From positions 198,582,059 to 198,646,058 of the forward strand of contig NC_052149.1 in NCBI RefSeq assembly GCF_902713615.1: 64,000 bases of DNA. The letters run 5' to 3'. This document shows positions 58,584 to 64,000 of this stretch, piece by piece (within the stretch, counting starts at the first letter, position 1; each line of letters begins with the position of its first letter). A program made the translations under genes and the position numbers. The DNA comes from Scyliorhinus canicula. Taxonomy: Eukaryota. Below the pieces are notes generated by a model that saw only the letters and a list, made by a program, of their open reading frames with translations, was not told the origin of the DNA and did no database searches.

Positions 58584-59171
58584 TGTCATGGGAATGTCAC
58601 TTTAAGAAATGTTCTGTCTGCTCAAGTGGCTGCAGTGATGTCAGAGTGTGGGTGGAGCTGAGCCCTAGCTCTGCTCTTTAGTTTTGCTTTGAGGAAAAGC
58701 TTGGGTGTGTCTGTTGTTTTTTAGTTTTGTTTTAGTGTTGGAGCTGAAGCCAGCCAAAGAAGATGTAATTTTGATCTCTCTGCCATCTAAAAACTATCGC
58801 CAGATCATTTGGTGAATTCAGAGTGATAACTGTTCTCAGTAGAGAATTTAAACCTGATGTGTTTCTGTAAAAAGGGTTATTTTTGTCTTATCGATGTTGC
58901 AAGGAAAGACTAAGAGTTACTTAGAGAGTACTGTATTCTTTGGGGGATTTATTGGTGTTGATAGTTGTTAAGATGTGTACTGTGGGTTTATAAAGTGTTA
59001 ACTGGTTTCATAAATAAACATTGTTTTAATTTAAAAGTACTGTAGATTTCTGATGCATCACACCTGCAGAGTAGGCCCGTATGTTTCCCCATAACCATAA
59101 TCTATTTAAAGTTGTGGATCAGGTGAACCTCATGATACACTTTGGGGCTCTCTCAACCCTGGCCCATAACA
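58584..59171 (+). repeat. Solo LTR (family A)
   Basis: TGTCA...TAACA termini; exact 4-bp TSD ATAG. Confidence 0.88.
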
Positions 59172-59539
59172 ATAGAACATGATTCCTGGAAATGTTTCTA
59201 CCCGTGGGAAGCCAGCGATCTTTTGGAATTGGATAACCCTCTCTCTACGTACCAGTGGGAAGGAAATTAATTGTGCAAGCATCCTGAAAGTGAACATTCA
59301 CGACACCTTTAATGCAGCAATGAGCCTCTGTCAGGCTAATGCACAAAATAGTCCCATAAAGAGTGCCAGCCAGGAGAAATTCATGTCACTCAAATAACCA
59401 ACATGTTGTCCACATGCAGCACTCTCGATTCCAGGCCCCACTGATGTCTGATTCGCTGAGGGCAGATTTGTGTTCAGAGCGTGACAAATTGGTGCAGCTT
59501 TTAACGCTCCGCTCAGCACAGACTGTTATTCCAGCCACA

Positions 59540-60400
59540 AAGATGTTCGACAAAGATCAGAACCAAGGTTCCAGGAGTCACAGATCGACTGAATGCTGGA
59601 CACCATTGAGGAGAAGAGTGACACTATCTCCCCCAAGATAGGGGGGAGACTCAAGCCTGCTCTACTGAATAAGGCCTGGGATGGGGTGGCAGATGCTTCG
59701 AGTGTTGTCAACCTCACCCAGGGGACCAGCATGCAACACCGTAAGAAGGTGAACAACTTTCTTAGAGCAGCTCTAATGAGCAACCACCTCTTTTCCCTTG
59801 GCATCACTCCCGTACCTCACTCCTCACATTTGCTCAAATCCCCTAAACACCCCACCTGCCTGTGTCGCCTTTACATCCTATCCTCCACAAACCCTCAACA
59901 CATGTATTGTGCTCTTTGGCCTGGAGCCTTACACACACATCCCACCAGCTACAAACCCAACATAAAACTCACAGCCCAGCATCTCACCATGTCCTTTCTG
60001 TGTCCCCAAGGATAAAGCAGGCCATAATCACCAGGAGTGACAGAGGACAGGAGGGGGGAATCCCAGATATTCAGGTCCACATTAAGGAAATGATCCTGCA
60101 ACTCACGGGGAGGCTGTGGAGAGGGCAGTGGCTGCAACTGAGTTTGGCATGCACCAAATAAGTGAGAGTTCAATGTAACGCAAATGCCCCTGCAGAAAGT
60201 GAGTCACCTCTCTCCCACAGACCAGTCCTTCCCAATTTCTCATGTCTCTTGTCTTGCAGGGTCACCATCAGACAAGGCCGAGCCTTCCGGAGTCACTTCC
60301 TCCATCCGGACCCTCAGAAAACCCTGCAGGCACTTCGGGGAAGACATCAATATCTCACCACTACTTTCACCTGCACCATCGTAGAGATTATCTACTCTGC
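59540..60400 (+). pseudogene. Harbinger Myb/SANT-like (NAIF1-type) gene remnant
   Basis: MLDTIEEK...KAWDGVA..S.VNL..TSMQHRKKVNNFLRAA; downstream splice-acceptor-like sites at about 60010 and 60260. Confidence 0.65.
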
Positions 60401-60804
60401 AACCATCTCTGGTATGCAGTTCTCCAGTCTCTTGGTCAGCACTTTCGTGAATATTTTTGCATCCACATTGAGCAGCTAAATGGGTCTGTATGATCCACAT
60501 TCCATTGGATTTTCGTCTTTTTTGGGCATCAGCGATATAGTGGCCTGTGTTAGCGTTGGAGGCGGGTACTCCTCGCTAGCCAGTCTGTGAACATCTTCAG
60601 CTGATGAGGGGCAAGAGTCGGTGCAAATAATTTTTAGTAGTCCTCCAGGGGCCTATCGGGTCCCGGCACCTTCCCCACCTGCATGGAGTTGGCGGTCTCC
60701 ATTACCTCTCCCTGTTCTATTGGTGCTCCAGCTCCCCCCGTCTGTCATCCCCCACAACTGGCATGTCCAGTCCATTGAAGAACAGTTTCATCCTCGAAAA
60801 ATTT

Positions 60805-61555
60805 GAATGCGGATTACAGGGTCAACGCCAGGGTTCTGAGGAATGTGGAGGAACAGAGAGATCTTGGGGTTCATGTCCACGGATCTCTGAAAGTTGTCAC
60901 TCAAATGGATAGAGCTGTGAAGAAGGCCTATAGTGTGTTAGCGTTTATTAACAGGAGGCTTGATGTTTAAGAGCCGTGGGGTTATGCTGCAACTGTACAT
61001 GACCCTGGTGAGACCACATTTGGAGTATTGTGTGCAGTTCTGGTCACCTCATTATAGGAAGGATGTGGAAGCATTGGAAAGGGTGCAAAGGAGCTTTACC
61101 AGGATGCTGCCTGGTTTGCAGGATAGGTCTTATGAGGAAAGGTTGAGGGAGCTAAGGCTTTTCTCTTTGGAGCGGAGGAGGATGAGAGGCGACTTAATAG
61201 AAGTTTATAAGATGATGAGGGGGATAGATAGAGTAGACGTTCAGAGACTATTTCCTCAGGTGGATGTAGCTGTTACAAGGGGGCATAACTATAAGGTTCA
61301 GGGTGGGAGATATAGCAGGGATGTCCGAGGTAGGTTCTTTACTCAGAGTGGTTAGGGTGTGGAATGGACTGCCTGCTGTGATAGTGGAGTCGGACACTTT
61401 AGGAACTTTCAAGCGGTTATTGGATAGGCACATGGAGCACACCAGAATGACAGGGAGTGGGATAGCTTGATCTTGGTTTCGGGCAAGGCTCGGCACAACA
61501 TCGAGGGCCGAAGGGCCTCTACTGTGCTGTACTTTCTATGTTCTGTGTTCTATGA
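60805..61555 (+). mobile_element. 5'-truncated CR1/HER1 3' end
   Basis: LYMTLVRPHLEYCVQFWSPHY...LERRRMRGDLIEVYK; (TTCTATG)n tail. Confidence 0.92.
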
Positions 61556-62553
61556 GTCCCCATCTGGAGGCTTCAGAGGTGTACAGTTGAAGACCTTGAA
61601 CGCTTCAGAAGCGCTTTGTTGACCGTTTTTAGTTCAGCTACCAGTCTGCCTCTGCTGTCCCTTCACCTGTGCTATTTCCATCGTGGCTGCCTGTTTTTTC
61701 TGCTGGTGAGCCAGCAAGCCTTCTCTCCGTGTTCACAAAAGGTTCCCCATGCCTGGCGGAGTTGGTGCACTGCCTTCCTGGTGGATAGCACGTTAAATTC
61801 TATTTGTAACGTTTTCCTCTCCGCCAGAAGCTCTACAGTCAGGGCCTTGGAGTATCTCCTGTCGACTTCCAGGTTGGAGTCGATCAGTTGTTGCCGAGTC
61901 GCCCTTCTTCCCTATCTCTATGAGCCTTGGAGGCTATAATTTCTACCCTAATCACCGCCTTCAGTGCCTCCCAGAACATGGAAGGTGAGACTTCCCCATT
62001 CCAGTTGTTCGTAACGTACTCGCCTGGCCTGTGATGTTTTCTGACAGAAGACCTTGTCAACCAAGAGGGTCATGTCCAACCTCTATGGGGGGGGGGGGGG
62101 GGCGTTGGGCATGGCCTGTCTCCAAACTCACATCTGTGTAATGTGGAACGTAGTAAGAGATTCTAATCGTGGAATATTCCGCACAGCTATTTCTGGAAGC
62201 ACTGATTTCCCCACAACAAAGAAGTCGATGCGGGTGTAGATCTTATGTACTGGTGAGAGGAAGGAATATTCCTTCTAACCTGGGAGCAAGAACCGTCATG
62301 GGTCCACTGCCCCCATCTGCTCCACAAATATTCCCCGTTCCCGATCCATGCCTGTTAACTTCCCCATTCTGGGGTTTGATCTGCCGCCAGTGGGTCCTGT
62401 ACACGGTCAAAGTCCTCTTCCGTGATCAGTCAATGCATATCTATAGCGGGAATTTCCACATGGTCTTTTTAACGAACTTCGCGTCATCCCAGTGGACGCA
62501 CACATGTTTACCAGGACTACCGGCACCCCATCCAGGACACCGCTGATCATGAC

Positions 62554-63182
62554 TGTTATGGGCCAGGGTTTAGAGAACCCCAAAGTGTATCATGGAGTTC
62601 ACCTGACCCACAACTCTTAAGTTGTGGAGCACACGGCCCACTCTACAGGTGTGGCACAGCAGAAATCGAAAAGTATTTTTTTAAAGCAAAACAATGTTTA
62701 TTCTGTGAACTCAAGTTAACCTTTTTAAAACATACAGTGAACATCTTAGCAACCATCAATTCAAATACAACCGCCAAAGAATACAACACCAAGTAATCCT
62801 TAACAAATTCCCGAACAACATCCAGAAGACAAAAGATCCTTTTAACATAGAGATCAGGTTTAACTAATGAGAGCAGTTATCTCTTTTGAAATCACCCAAA
62901 TGAACACTCTTTAGCTTGCTTTCACTGCTGGCTGTCACTGCAGCTCTTCTCTCTTAAAACGAAACTAAAAACTCACTCTGTAGCAACCTGCTCAGAAACG
63001 AAAGTAAAGCAGACAGACAGCCCAGATTCACCCGCTCTCTGACATCATTGAGGAATAAACACCCATTTCTTTAAGGTAGACCCACTACAGTTATTCGATA
63101 AAAAACACTAATTTCTTAAAGGTACACCCACTGCAGTTATTCTATAAAAACACCCATTTCTTAAAGGTACTTAAACATGACA
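62554..63182 (-). repeat. Solo LTR (family A, reverse) with an internal ~45-bp tandem repeat
   Basis: TGTTATGGGCCAGGG...CATGACA; about 2.5 copies of an AAACACCCATTTCTTAAAGGTA...-type unit at about 63058-63172; no clean TSD. Confidence 0.8.
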
Positions 63183-63294
63183 TACCATCCTCCTTGGTCC
63201 ACAACTATCTTTGTCGCCGTGAATCCATCCTCTTACTTATCAGTATGGCTACTCCCCTAACTCTCGGCCCAGGTCAAGCCACACAGATAGAGCA

Positions 63295-63432
63295 GGGGCG
63301 AGATTCTCCGTCCGTTCAGAGCAGCGGGATTCTCCAATCCCCCTTCAGTGAATAGAAGATTTGGCTGAACGGCAAACTCTCCATTCTCGCTAGCAGCTGT
63401 AGCAGGGCCGATTCGCCATGGAGAATCCCAGC
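63295..63432. mobile_element. Short Harbinger-type MITE inside a minus-strand SINE remnant
   Basis: GGGCGAGATTCTCC / GGAGAATCCCAGC ends; the SINE head resumes at 63433-63525. Confidence 0.6.
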
Positions 63433-64000
63433 AGGGGAGAACGTACAAACTCCACACAGAAACTCACGCAAGGCCAGAATCAAACCTGGGCCCCTGGTGA
63501 TGTGAGGCACTGTGTCACCATGCCGCCTTTTCTCGATCGCTTAATCAGTCTGGGAGGCCATGCTGTCTATGCGTTTCACACCATAAAATCTGACATAAAA
63601 GGATTGGTTGATCCTCAAAATGTCAGACAGAGCCGTATTCTTCCTTCAGGCTGTTGATGATAGAACTCTCTGTGTGTACCATTTGGAAGAAAAACATGAG
63701 CACATCTCATCCTGCTCCACAGAGCAAACTCTGAGCTCGAAGGTGATCTTGAAGGCCTCCAAGTCAAAGAGCACGGCTTGCTCTTCACCTTTTCACCTTT
63801 CGGAGATCATTCTTGGCATCGACCTCCATCAACTGCAGCCAAAGAGGATTCTTCGTATTTTTCTGGAGTTTGGATATTTCTCTATTTCCTTTTAGCCTTT
63901 GTCTTGTTTTTATGATGCACATTGACCAACATCATTGCTGTTGAAATAACTTTATTGATAATACATTTTCCAAACATGAACACACATCTGCAATGCATCT

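Larger units (their letters stand above)
53913..59260 (-). mobile_element. Decayed Gypsy internal region (gag, PR, RT, RNase H, integrase) with five nested insertions; LTRs not found
   Basis: PWQKVGIDLF..YLLVIDYFS, IHEGHFGIEKCKRRAR..WPGI, FSKLDASRGCWQ..TFNTPVGRYCFLRM.FGI, CKQCGNKH..QCP gag knuckle. Confidence 0.85.
60480..63260 (-). mobile_element. Decayed L1/Tx1 ORF2 carrying a CR1 3' end and a solo LTR
   Basis: - strand remnants of the endonuclease and linker (YTRIDFFVVG; WEALKAVIR). Confidence 0.75.

Noticed and set aside
63608-63895. 95-aa ORF at the window end
   Set aside because: No recognisable motif in either orientation; it cannot be classified from the sequence alone.

Overview
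This is eukaryotic, repeat-dominated DNA with no host protein-coding exon I can recognise. HE1-type tRNA SINEs and HER1/CR1 LINEs point to a cartilaginous fish, possibly a catshark (inference). The window is a stack of nested transposable elements: three decayed Gypsy LTR retrotransposons, four solo LTRs, CR1, L1/Tx1, L2, RTE, Rex/Babar and Vingi-like LINE fragments, about 13 SINEs, a hAT MITE, several PIF/Harbinger MITEs and relics of two-gene Harbinger elements. The stand-out is a structurally complete 2.4-kb Mutator-superfamily (Phantom-like) DNA transposon at 24246-26670. It has a FLYWCH + DDE transposase ORF, inverted terminal arrays of a 14-bp motif (8 copies left, 11 right), an exact target-site duplication (TSD) and a recent 292-bp internal duplication. 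It sits inside the gag gene of a Gypsy element (23721-29449). That element has no tRNA primer-binding site (PBS); at the PBS position it carries a 13-mer complementary to its own LTR, a candidate self-priming or poly(A)-masking structure. It also has a 54-bp repeat array. Boundaries with a TSD were read base by base; the others are approximate.
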